A stretch of 63,619 bases of DNA, counting the filler, from Octopus bimaculoides (Eukaryota): the NCBI RefSeq assembly GCF_001194135.2. It is 10 parts of 7 records of this genome, joined end to end, with 100 filler letters (N's around TTAATTAATTAA, not from the genome) between each part and the next. Parts side by side here need not be neighbours in the genome. Positions count along the whole stretch, not along the records: positions 8,263 to 18,370 come from NC_068982.1; positions 18,471 to 32,073 come from NC_068987.1; 8 more parts are not named here. The stretch is one strand, 5' to 3'. The first letter of the stretch is position 1; each line of letters begins with the position of its first letter. The notes under the pieces were generated by a model that did no database searches, was not told where the DNA came from, and saw only the letters and a list, made by a program, of their open reading frames with translations. Below are positions 13,018 to 25,498 of this stretch, in pieces. The translations under genes and the position numbers were made by a program.

Positions 13018-13370
13018 AATGAGAGAGCAGTGCATGCCATCAAAGTGACACTGGGGTAAAATATACTAAGTACAGTATACCCATCATGACTACCCGTCTG
13101 ATGAGGTTACACCAGGCTCATGCATTACAACCATATGTGCGCGACATGGTGATCTCATATCAAGATAAACAGCGCATGACCTTGCATGTGGGGCCCAATT
13201 AGAATTTTCTTCAGGTCGAGTAGCCCATCCCGCTCAAAATGTCCTTGAATAGGGGTTGTTTAAAGATGTTGAACGAAACATCCATGCTTCCAGAGGTGAA
13301 CTATTCAAACGCCAAAGAATTCCTCTCAACACATGGCTATGATGCTACCCCCACTACTTTGCTCATGATT
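13018..13370 (-). mobile_element. Unclassified interspersed repeat ending in (AAT)n; second copy at 57900-58445
   Basis: Reverse complement aligns with 58115-58445 (catagccatgtgttgagaggaattcttt ... cagtgtcactttgatggcat.cactgctctctc). Confidence 0.8.
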
Positions 13371-13914
13371 ACGATGGCGTTGTAAAAACTAATTTGAGAT
13401 TTTAAAATAGACAAAAGACATTTTGACAATGTCGTAGCACAAGTTTCTCGGAATTGCCAGTACGTAAAACACAATGGCAGTAATTGTGTTCTGTGATGTT
13501 ATCCACAAATGTTTATCTGTTATTTACTATACATTTAACTACACCCGCACCCGTATCGGATTCATTGGAAATTTCTCAGCTATTTTGTCCACCACACAAG
13601 CAGCTGGGAAATTTACCTGTGATTTGGGGGCGAACATAGTGAGGATTAAAAGTTCAAATGAAAATTACGGCCAATCAAATTCAGTGTGTTTATCAGTGAT
13701 ATAATCCCATCGACAGAGATCGAAACATAGTTCGAGGTGACTTTTAGATCTTATATTAGTGTTTACAAAGGTACAATATTTAATATAAAATATTTTAAAA
13801 CTAGAACTGCACTATGTAGGTGTTTGCGTAGGTGTGATGTATATATATATATATATATATATANNNNNNNNNNNNNNNNNNNNNNNNNNNNNNNNNNNNN
13901 NNNNNNNNNNNTAT

Positions 13915-13980
13915 ATATAGGAAAAGTCCAAAGAAGGGAAGACGGAGAAAGAAAATCGCCAACGATGCACACGCGGTCAC
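13915..13980 (-). mobile_element. Fragment of the Penelope-like terminal module seen at 51860-52060
   Basis: ggaaaagtccaaagaagggaagacggag..aaaatcgccaacgatg is shared with 51993-52045; flanked by (TA)n and a gap. Confidence 0.65.
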
Positions 13981-14970
13981 ATATATATACACATACACAC
14001 ACATACATACACAAACACACAATATACATGTGTAATGCGTGTAAGTGTAATTTATGTCGGAAGTAACCGCAGGTGTGAATGTACCTTATACCTTATATAA
14101 CTGTATGCGCTCGTACCTTGTGTTACGTAAGTCAACAAGTATTGAAAGAACGGTAGATGGAGAGTGAAATACTTATTAACAGGCATCTCCGTTTGTGTGC
14201 GCGCGCACGCATAAGTGTATGTGTGTATGTGTATGTGTATGTGTGTGTGTACGTACGAGTGTGTGTATTTGTGAAGATATTTTGTCTCCGTTTGACCTTT
14301 CTTTGATCATGGTACTTGGCTCTAGACGGCTCATTCCGCTTCTCTCACCGATGTAGGCAGCGACATTCGCTATGTTTCAATTACTCCCTCTAAGCTACTT
14401 ACAACTGCTTTTTGACAGGTATATGAAGAATGAATGGTAAACACGTAAGTGAATAAATAAGCTATTATATGTAAACTTAATATTTCCAGGTTATATTCTC
14501 GTCAGCAACACTATCACCCATAATATATACACATATAAACTCGTGAGAAAAATAAATATCATAACAGCCGGATGTGACATCATCAATGAGCCTTGTATTC
14601 CATTTAGAGTATTATCTATCGTTAAGACATAGAAATCTCAACAGATTTCCGTTGCTCCGCTCATAAAACTATTGGTCATTTAATACAGCTAGTTGTTAAC
14701 ATTTTTGCTGTTTTGTCAACAACATTCCTTCGCTGACGACATAATTTACATTGTCAAAGAGAGCCATCTTAGCGAGTTGATAGTTATATGCCAGCACTAA
14801 CGTATACAGGGATCTGTATGTATATTTCTCTTCTCGTCTTCTTTTTAAAATTTCTTGCCCATCGAGGGAAAAAAAACTAAGAAACCGGTCTGCATTATAA
14901 TGATTTAGACATCAACTAGGGTAATAATGTATATATACATCTATATATCTGTGCAAGTATATCTGTGGGT

Positions 14971-15258
14971 TTAGGGCAGCGGACTTGCAGTTGGAAGATC
15001 GCGGTTTCGATTCCCAGACCGGGCCTTGTGAGTGTTTATTGAGCGAAAACACCTAAGCTCCACGAGGCTCTGGTAGGGGGTGGTGGCGACCCCTGTTGTA
15101 CTCTTTCGCCCCAACTTTCTCTCACTCTTCCTTTCTATTTCTTGAGTAACGCTGCGATGGACTGGCGTCCCGTCCAGCTGGTGGGGGAACACATACGCCA
15201 TAGAAACCTGGAAACCGGGCCCATGAGCCTGGCTAGGCTTTGAAAGACCGAAAAAAAA
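14971..15258 (+). mobile_element. Chimeric tRNA-derived SINE (family C head/body + V-domain-like tail) with A9 tail and 12-bp TSD
   Basis: TSD atatctgtgggt at 14959-14970 and 15259-15270. 14971-15143 matches 39010-39185 (minus); 15144-15250 matches 50779-50884 (minus). Confidence 0.88.
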
Positions 15259-15514
15259 ATATCTGTGGGTAAATGTGCTTGCATAAATATTTTATGAGTG
15301 ATTGATTATGTATACATATATGTTTGATGTATGTACATCCATATACACAGGTATATATATGCCTATATTGCGCTAATGTACATAGTGGAAGCTAATTTTC
15401 AACAAATCTTAAATATTTTCTCAGTTCCAGTAATGGCTTGTAATTGCAATTTCTTAATTAGCATATATGTGTGTAGATATATTTACTACCATATATTTTA
15501 TTCTTTTCTACTTT

Positions 15515-15718
15515 AGGCATAAAGCCCGAAATTTTGGCGGGGAAGGTGCCAGTCGATTAGATTGATCCCAGTACGCAACTGGTACTTAATTTATCGACCC
15601 CGAAAGGATGAAAGGCAAAGTCGACCTCGGCGGAATTTGAACTCAGAACAGAAAGACAGACGAAATACCGCTAAGTATTTTGCCCGGCGTGCTAACGTTT
15701 CTGCCAGCTCACCGCCTT
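15515..15718 (-). mobile_element. SINE family A
   Basis: Same head, B-box and central domain as 7524-7740, in reverse complement. Confidence 0.9.
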
Positions 15719-16089
15719 ACTGCCATATATTTTATTAAACATGCAATCAACCTCACTGTGCACATAGATCCCAAAGGGTTTGCTCTGCAGAACCTAGTTA
15801 AGAACAGTGCCAGTAGTTTCGCTATGTCATTAATTTAGTGAATAAATATATGACGTCAGCAAATATACAATGAGCAGAGGCGTTGTCTGCTGTTTATTAT
15901 ATGAAAATAGAGTGGTAGATTTGGTGTATAGTTAAAGCATCGGATAAAGTTCTTATGTTTCTTCTTTCGGCTTTTTCTACTCCCAGTTCAAACACTGTCG
16001 AGAATGATAAAATAAAATACGTGTCAAGAACGGTGGTCAATTAAATTAACTAATCTTTTCATTCAAATCTCAAACGTTCTGTCTATACT

Positions 16090-16303
16090 GGTTTCAAATT
16101 TTAGTACAAAGCCAGCAATTTTGGGGACGGGTATAAGTCGATTACATCGACCCCAGTACACAACTGATACTTATTTTATCGACCCCGAAAAGATGAAAGG
16201 CAAAGTTGACCTCGGCGGAATTTGAACTTAGAACATGAAAACAGACGAAATGCCGCTAAGCATTTTGCCCGGCGTGCTAAAGATTCTACCAACTCACCGC
16301 CTT
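16090..16303 (-). mobile_element. SINE family A
   Basis: As above. Confidence 0.9.
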
Positions 16304-17656
16304 ATTTTCTGTCTATATTAGAAACGATTATAAAAACATAAACAAAACTAGTCGATTTGTTGTTAACTTTGTTTCTATACCTGTGGTGCAACTTTGGGTA
16401 CTTTTGAAACTGCAAGGTTGAATGTCTATTAATCGTATGACTGGCCTTTAGCCAATATGAGACAACTGAGGTAACTTCCTAAAAACAAAGTAAGTCTACT
16501 GTTTTCTTTCACTGAACCTTGAGGATATATACCAGATATATACTGACGCCGTTACCGTTCTACGTAAACCACTACAAACGAGCATGTCGATGAGTAACTT
16601 TATGCCAATTAGTCGAATGGACGTCTGGATATGGTCGAGAATGCCTGTGTGGATATCAGTACTTAATTGTAACGAATTTGTGCTCTTGAAAACCTCAAAA
16701 TGTTTTTAACTTCCCAACAGTAAAGTTCAATACTCAAACAACTACAGAAAAATCACTTGCAGGGTGAGAATTCCAGAGGTCAATGACCTGGAGAGGAAAA
16801 ACTGGTGGTAGTGATTAATGTTAGAAAGAAGGGTCTGCGATGTTGGACACAAGGTAGGTGACAAGAGAAACAGAGCAGAATGAGTTGAAAGGGCCTGAAT
16901 TGAAGTGTTACGAGACCAGCCAGCAGTGTCACAGAGAGGAGACACCACGTCTCTGGGCCATAGAAAGGCTAGAGGATGTTTCTGAGTAAATTCATGTCAA
17001 TTAGTCGAATGGCTTATTTCTGAATGCAGTCGAGAAAGTCTATATATGTGTGTACTAGTAGCACCGTTCCTGATGAATTTACATCGTTGAAAATCTGAAG
17101 TGTATTGACTCCCCAAGAGTAAAACCCAATACGTGAGCTTCCAAGATGACGCTAGGAAGTTGATAAATATTTCAGGACAGAATCTTAACACTAGAAGTTT
17201 TCTTGTTCGTCTCATGCTGTTATGTTATGGGATGGCAGAATTGCTCCATCGTCGCTTCGCTAGTTACGTTTTTTTACGATCTCTATGCGCGCGCGTAGGT
17301 GTGTGTGTGCTTGTGTGCGTATGTGTGTATGTCTATGTACGCGTGTGTATGTGTGTGTTTAAAGTATATATGTGTAATCATACATATACGTATCTATATT
17401 TATAAACGTACACACTCACATAGTTTCCTTCCTTTACATTACATGCATACATACATACATACATATTTATAAATTTATATGTATTCATATATTGTGTGTA
17501 TACATGGCCATGTTTCATGGGATTTGTAGATCTCAGCAAGGAGGTCACTGAGTGCATTTTCTATTTTTGTTTTCTTTTTTCCTATATTTTTAGTTATATT
17601 TTGTGATTTATTTCTTTTCCGCTTTTTTTTTTATTAATCATTGATGTGTATGTGTG

Positions 17657-17690
<34 letters not shown>

Positions 17691-18304
17691 ACTATTGTGG
17701 TCTTTTTATTTTACATTATTGTATTGGTATGCGTGTGTTTATGTATATTTGTTACATCAGTGTGTATATGTGTTTCTATATATATGTGTATGTTTTTTAA
17801 TGTCTTTATGTGTGTGAGAGAGCGTATATGTGGGCCTTCCTCTATGTGTGTGTATGTGTGTATGAGTGTGTGTATCTACAAGTCAGTGTGTGTGTGTGTG
17901 TGAGTGTGAGACTATACGTATTTATATTTTCTTTTAGTATTAATTTATGTAGGAATGTTCTTTTTGTCGTGTCTGCCTCCGTTGTCATATAAGCGTGACG
18001 TTGTCTAGTCACTGTCTGTCGGTCGGTCTGTTTCTCTCTCACCTACCTCATTTTCCCCTTCTAGCTAGCATTCTTACACACACACACACACATACACACA
18101 GTGGCACACATACAGTTGCACACACACACACACGCACAGTCGCACACACAGTTGCACACACACACACATAAACATACACGCGCACACAAACACACACACT
18201 CACACTGTTGCCCTTTTCTCAGATTTTATTTATGGCAACCGTTCTTTTTCTTTCCCATGCCAATCACTGTTATTATGTATTCTCTCTCTCTCTCTCTCTC
18301 TCTG

Positions 18305-18349
<45 letters not shown>

Positions 18350-18534
18350 CGCACACACGCACACACACACNNNNNNNNNNNNNNNNNNNNNNNNNNNNNN
18401 NNNNNNNNNNNNNNTTAATTAATTAANNNNNNNNNNNNNNNNNNNNNNNNNNNNNNNNNNNNNNNNNNNNTATATATATATATATATGCGTGTGTGTGCG
18501 TGTGTGCGTGCGTGTGGGTGTATTTGTGTATGTG

Positions 18535-18730
18535 TTTGTCCCTCCACAATCGCTTGACAACCGATGTTGGTGTGTTTACGTCCTCGTAACTTAGCGGTTC
18601 AGCACAATAAACCGATTGAATAAGTAAGTACAAGTCCTATAAAGAATAAGTCCCGGGTCGATTTGTTCGACTAAAGGCTGTGCTCCAGTATGGCCGCAGT
18701 CAAATGACTGAAACAAATAAAAGAGTAACA
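18535..18730 (+). mobile_element. SINE family B, 3' half (head lost at assembly join)
   Basis: cgcttgacaaccgatgttggtgtgtttacgtc ... ggccgcagtcaaatgactgaaacaa. Confidence 0.85.
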
Positions 18731-18740
18731 ATGTGAAAGA

Positions 18741-18804
<64 letters not shown>

Positions 18805-18834
18805 TTATATGCATATTGATACATACATACAAAC

Positions 18835-18869
<35 letters not shown>

Positions 18870-19819
18870 CATACATACATACGTATGTGTTTGTGTCTTT
18901 TATTTTCCGATAGAGGACCAGTTGTAAGTGACATATTCCCTGAAGCAAAAACACTTTCCTGGTCTATGTTTATCTACGAAACTCTATACTTCCTCTTTTA
19001 TTCTCTGTATATTTGTACGTCATTGTCCTGTTGACGTGACAGATTATATCCAAAATTTGTTAAACGTTATTTTCTTTACAATCAACACCGTTTTATTTTG
19101 TTTTCTACTTTTATGTCCCTTGTACGTAACTTTTATTTGTTTAACTATTCGTCTAGTACTAAATCTGTCTGTCTCTCCGCCTGTCTGTCTATCTCCGTGT
19201 GTATGTGTGTGTGCGTGTGTGTGCGTGTGTGTGTTTGTGCGCGTTTTTATGCGTATCTATCTATCTATCTCTCTATCTCTCTATCTATCTATCTATCTAT
19301 CTATCTACCTACCTACCTACCTACCTATCTATCTATATGCCTATATATACACATATACACATACTNNNNNNNNNNNNNNNNNNNNNNNNNNNNNNNNNNN
19401 NNNNNNNNNNNNNNNNNNNNNNNNNNNNNNNNNNNNNNNNNNNNNNNNNNNNNNNNNNNNNNNNNNNNNNNNNNNNNNNNNNNNNNNNNNNNNNNNNNNN
19501 NNNNNNNNNNNNNNNNNNNNNNNNNNNNNNNNNNNNNNNNNNNNNNNNNNNNNNNNNNNNNNNNNNNNNNNNNNNNNNNNNNNNNNNNNNNNNNNNNNNN
19601 NNNNNNNNNNNNNNNNNNNNNNNNNNNNNNNNNNNNNNNNNNNNNNNNNNNNNNNNNNNNNNNNNNNNNNNNNNNNNNNNNNNNNNNNNNNNNNNNNNNN
19701 NNNNNNNNNNNNNNNNNNNNNNNNNNNNNNNNNNNNNNNNNNNNNNNNNNNNNNNNNNNTGGACGAATATATGTGTATGCGTTTGGTAGTACGCAAGTGT
19801 GTGTTTGTGTGTGCGTGTA

Positions 19820-19864
<45 letters not shown>

Positions 19865-20019
19865 CTGTCTGTCTGTCTGTCTGTCTGTTTGCCTATCTGT
19901 CTGTCTGTATCCCTCTTTTTCTCTCCTTCTCTCTCTCTCCTCTCTCTCTATCTCTCTCTCTCTAATGTATATGTATATATATATAGCTATAGCTATATCT
20001 ATATCTATATCTATATCTA

Positions 20020-20102
<83 letters not shown>

Positions 20103-20984
20103 CCATATGTAACACCCTCTAAGTGTATGCTGGACCTAAAAAGATTTACCCTTCCATGACATGCGATATTCTGCTAACGTTTTTCTTCTTTTTTAAACTA
20201 ACGATAGGACGAGGAGTAAATCACAAGTGAATGGTGCGCTTGATGGGATTAAAGTTGAGTATCATCTCATAAAATTTAATTTCTATAACAAATACGCAGA
20301 CGTGTTGGAGCACCACGGATATCCAAGGCGCTCCAATCCTCAGTTTCACTGGACCAAGCGGGACTCATCAACCGTGTCGGATGAAAAATATGAGGGAGAT
20401 ATTGTCGTGGGTTGAGGTTGTATGGATATAGTTCAGAGATACGGAAGGTTTTGTAGATGTGATAACTCACTGTCCTTCCGATTACGGACGATTTTCTCTC
20501 TCACCGAGTTTTAATTTTTCTTAATCATTTAATTGACAAAAATACATATTTAACATTAAACATTAGTCTACTTTAGCAGCTAGTTATCCCTAGATTCTGG
20601 GACTCGAAGATCTTGACAAGAGATTTCCATTCACATAATCCTCTTCTACGTTTTCCCTTCTCTCTTTTCCTCTTCCCTTTTTTTTTTTCTCTACGGCTCA
20701 TTATCATCTACAAACACCAACTTTTGGAATCTGGACAGAAATTCTTAACTTTCTAGTAGGGTCTAATCACGTTTCTGATACTACAAATATTGTCAGTAGT
20801 CTCACACGTATAACCTCCAATACATGACTGGTGTTTTCTTTATAGATCAAAAAAGGAAAAAGCGCAAGTCGCCCTCAGGGGGATTTGGACTCACTGTGCT
20901 TAGAACCAGGGCAAATACAGTAAGATGCTCTATTTAGAGATGTAATTAATATATAATTAATCTGCCATATCCTAAAACTAGTAA

Positions 20985-21193
20985 ATATCGGTTTCAAATT
21001 TTGGCACAAGGTCAGTAAGTTCTGCGGATGGTCTAAATCGATTACATCGACTCCAATGCTCAACTGCGATTTATTTTATCGACCTCCCCAAAATAAAAAC
21101 CTTAGAAGCATGTGAACTCGGAACGTAAAATCGGAATGAATGTCGCCAAGCATTTCTCCCGGCGCGCTAACGATTCCGCCAGCTCGCTTCCTT
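20985..21193 (-). mobile_element. SINE family A, diverged
   Basis: ggtttcaaattttggcacaagg ... cggcgcgctaacgattccgccagctcgcttcc. Confidence 0.85.
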
Positions 21194-23258
21194 AAAACTA
21201 GTAAATATTAAAAGATACAAATAATTCTAAATGCCTTAACTCGACATGTTTTTAGAATGTTACCTAGGGCTGGCGTTTCTTTTTCTCTACTGTGTATTTG
21301 ATTTCACACCTGGTAATAGTGACTGAATATCGATTCCGGCATTGTTTTCCTGAGCTTTTGTAGGAGATGGTATCATCTCAGTGGGTAAATTATTAGCCAT
21401 TACTGACTTAGTGGATGAAGTGTCAGTCTAGCAGCTGAAAGATCTACAGCTTGCACCCAACCGATATCCCTATATTGTATCCAACGAGCCTATACGAAAC
21501 TAGCCTATAGAGTATTGGCCTACGCCCACATTTCTACACTGTTCTCGACTCAGGGGTGCTTTCTCTGAGGATAAGTGTTTCTTTCCCAAGTCTTGTTGGT
21601 TCTGAATTATCATAGATGGTTCTGTAACTTTGCTTTCTTTCTAGGTATAGGCATCGTCCCTAGGCACATTCACTTTTATCTCTGGGATGAGATGGTTCAG
21701 TGTAGCGTGACCTCTATCTTTTGACCTATCCAAAATGAGAAGTCCTACCAGGTCTTTACTCTCCGCTGGCAAGCTCTCAGGATCATTGAGACACACCAAC
21801 CGTTGCACCGCAACAAAGAATGGATCTTGTGGTGGCTCTAATAGAAATAACAGCCAAAATTTCTTCGTATCACAGAACAACGTTTGAACAAAATGTAAGT
21901 CTGAATATACAAGTGTGGTTGCAACTAAATAAATCTTATTATTTTTCTGTTTAAAGAGATGTGGATTAACAGCAGCAGTAGCAGCAGCAGCAACAACAAC
22001 AGTATTGCTTTCGTGTCTTCTGCTATCCGAATCTCATTGGTGTTTGATCTATCGATAAATAGGAACGACAAATGGCCGATATGTGTATTGCTTAAGTGAT
22101 CATTATTTCATTAAATTACATTTTATGACTGACCACAAATCTTCCTGTTGTTAAATTTGTAGAAGGCCGGATATCCCTCGCTTGATTTACGCAGACGTGA
22201 TGGTCATATATTTAAGAAGTTCATCTCACAATCATGTTCCTACCTGCTCGGACTTTCAGCGCAGTACCTTTATAAGTTTTGAATTGATTGACAAGTGTTT
22301 TTGATTGGGGAAAGGCCAAATTGGAAACGGTACATCATTCGGACGGATTGTTTGAATTTTTCCGGAAATTCATCACAGAAGTCCAGTGATTTGCGATGCA
22401 TTCGAACCAGATCTCCATTCTTTTCTACTTCTCGCACCAGACTCACGGATTCTGAAAAGAAGTTATGAATGCTGTCTTTTCCTCTCTGGTTAAACTACAA
22501 CAAAATACGAATGCAAGACCTTCATTGAGGGAGGAGGTAACGATCCAGGAACCTTTAGGATTGATTTCCCCATCAGCACAGTCATTTAGTTAATACAATT
22601 AGTTTGGTTGACCTGGAAATGGGAATAACACGTTTTCCCACTTATCCTTATCAGTTATTGCCTATGCCTCAGCCCACAAGGATTGAAAGAGAAAAAGAAA
22701 CATACATAAATACATACACACACTCACACACATAGATACAAACACACATACACACATACATATATACATACACACACACGCATATACATATACAAATGTA
22801 AATATATACATGTACATGCATATGTATATGTGTGTGTGTTTTTGCTTGTCTGTGTGTGTGTGGCTGTGTGTGTATACAGAAGAGGTAATTAGCATTGCAG
22901 ACAACGTGTCGTCAAGAAAAGATTCTTTCGTGTTATATATATATATATATAAATGTATATATGTACATAAAGAAACATACATACATTCATTACATACATA
23001 CATAGCAAATTTCTATCGTGTGGGGAAACTTCACATTCTTTTACAGTTTATCCTTCATTTCATCTTCAATTGTTTGTATATTTATATATTTATTTATTAC
23101 CTATGTCTTAGGGTATCGGATACCCACCCTAAACATACATAACTGGTGTACTGTTCAAAGTCCTTAGCATCAGTAGTGCTTCATTTTTGCAGCAGCAGTA
23201 GTAGTGGTAGTACAGCAGCAGAAGCAGCAGCATCATCATCATCATCATCAGCAGCAGC

Positions 23259-23290
<32 letters not shown>

Positions 23291-23467
23291 CAAGCAGTTC
23301 TTGACGTATTTTACTGAAATTATCTATCAGGGAATTTAAAAGTTCTGAGTAAATTTCGTACGAAAATCTACGCTAATTTTCGTTGCCTGCGTCCAACCCG
23401 TGCTGGGAAGTCAAGTAACACCAAGTTCAAGGTACGACTATTAAAAATAAAATAATGGCAGTTGTAG

Positions 23468-23930
23468 AATGGTGAGCTGGTAGAATCGTTAGCTCGCAGG
23501 GCGAAATGTTTACTGGTATTTCGTCTGCTGCTACGTTCTGAGTTCAAATTCCGCCGAGGTCAACTTTCCCTTTCATCCTTTCGGGGGTCGATTAAATAAG
23601 TACCAGTTACGCACTGGGGTCGATGTAATCCAATTAATCCATTTGTCTGTCCTTTTTTGTCCCCCCCCCCTATATTTAACTCCCTGTGGGCAATAAAGAA
23701 ATAAAAGGCGGTGAATTGGCCGAATCGTTTAGCACGCGGAGCGAAATGCTTAGCAGTATTTCGTCTGCCGCTACGTTCTGAGTTCAAATTCCGCCGAGGT
23801 TGACATTGCTTTTCATCCTTTCGGGGTCGATTAAATAAGCACCAGTTACGCACTGGGGTCGATGTAATCGACTTAATCGCTTTGTTTGTCCACTCTATAT
23901 TTAGCTCCTTATGGGCAATAAATAAATAAA
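23468..23930 (+). mobile_element. Two head-to-tail SINE family A copies (variant tail)
   Basis: Heads at about 23468 and 23706, each with gagttcaaattccgccgagg and tcatcctttcggggtcgattaaataag; tails end ggcaataaa. Confidence 0.9.
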
Positions 23931-24221
23931 TAAAAATTGCACTTGTATTTAAGTCTTATGCTAGAAACTGCAGACAAATCTCCTCCAAATCACAACCGCC
24001 TTTCTTATAAAAAGTATATCATATTTTGTAAATGTAGTTCGATATATGAGAAAAGGACCGTGTGATCACGATTTGAACACCGTTGATCATATTAACCAAG
24101 GCGGTTGTTGCATTTCTTCCGGCCCTTTACGTTTTGAGCTCAAATCCTGTAGAAATAAACTTGGCCCCACAAAATAAAGTGGCCCTGTACTTGTATTAGA
24201 AACAAAATAATAATAATAATC

Positions 24222-24473
24222 ATCTTTTTTCTGCTATAGGCGCAAGACTTGAAATGGGGGTGGGCTTGGGTGGATAGTCCATTATATCGACCTCAGTACT
24301 CAACTGGTACTTAATTATTTTCTCGACGCTGAAAGGATAAAAAGTAAAGTTGAATTCGGCGGATTGTGAAACCAGGTGGTAAAAAACGGACGAAATGCCG
24401 CTGAGCATTTTGCCCCGCGTGCTGACTACTCTACCAGCTCGCCACCATAGCAACAACAACAACAACAACCACA

Positions 24474-24531
<58 letters not shown>

Positions 24532-24660
24532 GTTTGAAATTTTGGCTCAGACCCAGCAAAATACGGGGAGCGGATAAGTCGATAACATTGACCATTGCCT
24601 CTAGTACTCAACAGATATACCTGCCCGGTCTGCTAACGATTCTGTCAGCCCACTGCCTGA
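24222..24660 (-). mobile_element. Two SINE family A copies (one internally deleted) separated by (AAC)n(AAT)n
   Basis: 24222-24448 and 24530-24657 carry family A tail and head motifs in reverse complement. Confidence 0.8.
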
Positions 24661-24784
24661 AGAAGAAGAAGAAGAAGAAGAAGAAGAAGAAGAAGAAGAA
24701 GAAGAAGAAGAAGAAGAAGAAGAAGAAGAAGATTTTGACTTAATTTTTGAGAGCGGTCGGATTCATTTTTAGTATTCTTGTTTG

Positions 24785-25027
24785 TGAGAGCAGTCGAGTT
24801 AATTTCAGATATTCTCATTTAAAAAATCCTCTCCGTCTCATCATTGAGAGGGCGTTGGTGTTGCCTTAGCGGAGGTTTGCGATCTGTGAGTGCTCTTCTT
24901 TATAGTTGAGAGTAATCGATTTTATTTCAGGTATTCGCATTTTAAAAATCATCTCTGGCTAATCGTTGAGAGGACGTTGGTGTTGCTTTGCCGGAGGTTT
25001 GCGCTCTCTGAGTGCTCTTATTGAATG
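24785..25027 (+). repeat. Two tandem about 122-bp units, each ending in a Helentron/HINE-like 3' terminus
   Basis: Units at 24785-24906 and 24907-25027. Each contains cctt(a/g)gcggagg-like plus tt plus a hairpin (gcgctc-tct-gagtgc) followed by tctt. Confidence 0.6.
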
Positions 25028-25431
25028 CTGTTCTTATTGCTGTTTATCACCAGACCTACACTATGACCTCAAAAGCGTTCCACCCGTGACCCCCTTGCCT
25101 TTTTTAAAGTTTGTGTTATGCAAATATAACCTGTCCCTTTATTTTAAAGACTGTAAATTCCGACTTCATGGAGATTTTGCTGCTATTTCTAGCAGGTTAT
25201 ACATGAGGCTTTCCTAGATTATTACCTATGAGGTGAGTCGTACCGGGTAAGATACTTCATATTTGCTACTAATCTACCGTATTTTACCGTCGTGAGTTCA
25301 CGTTATCCCGTGATGGACTTTATAATCTCGAGATATAATATTGTCCGTTGCTATTCTCGCTTCAGCTAAAGCTCGGCAGTTACTGAACAGACCCGAACAA
25401 GCATTCTAGTCATTTCCTTAAAAATTCCATA

Positions 25432-25498
<67 letters not shown>

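Noticed and set aside
12464-13043. Long poly-Arg/Lys/Phe/Leu/Ser/Asn ORFs
   Set aside because: Compound trinucleotide microsatellite.
14478-14508. CTGACGAG..GAAATATTA on the minus strand
   Set aside because: Stem II and stem I do not pair; not supportable as a hammerhead.
22260-22465. About 56-codon open frame after a ttttcag acceptor (minus), SVSLVREVEKNGDLVRMHRK...
   Set aside because: No recognisable homology, does not match dynein, and the length is within chance.
22565-22655. CTGATAAG..GAAAACGTGTT on the minus strand
   Set aside because: The core is mutated at G8, there is no stem II and no valid NUH; at most an unrecognisable relic.
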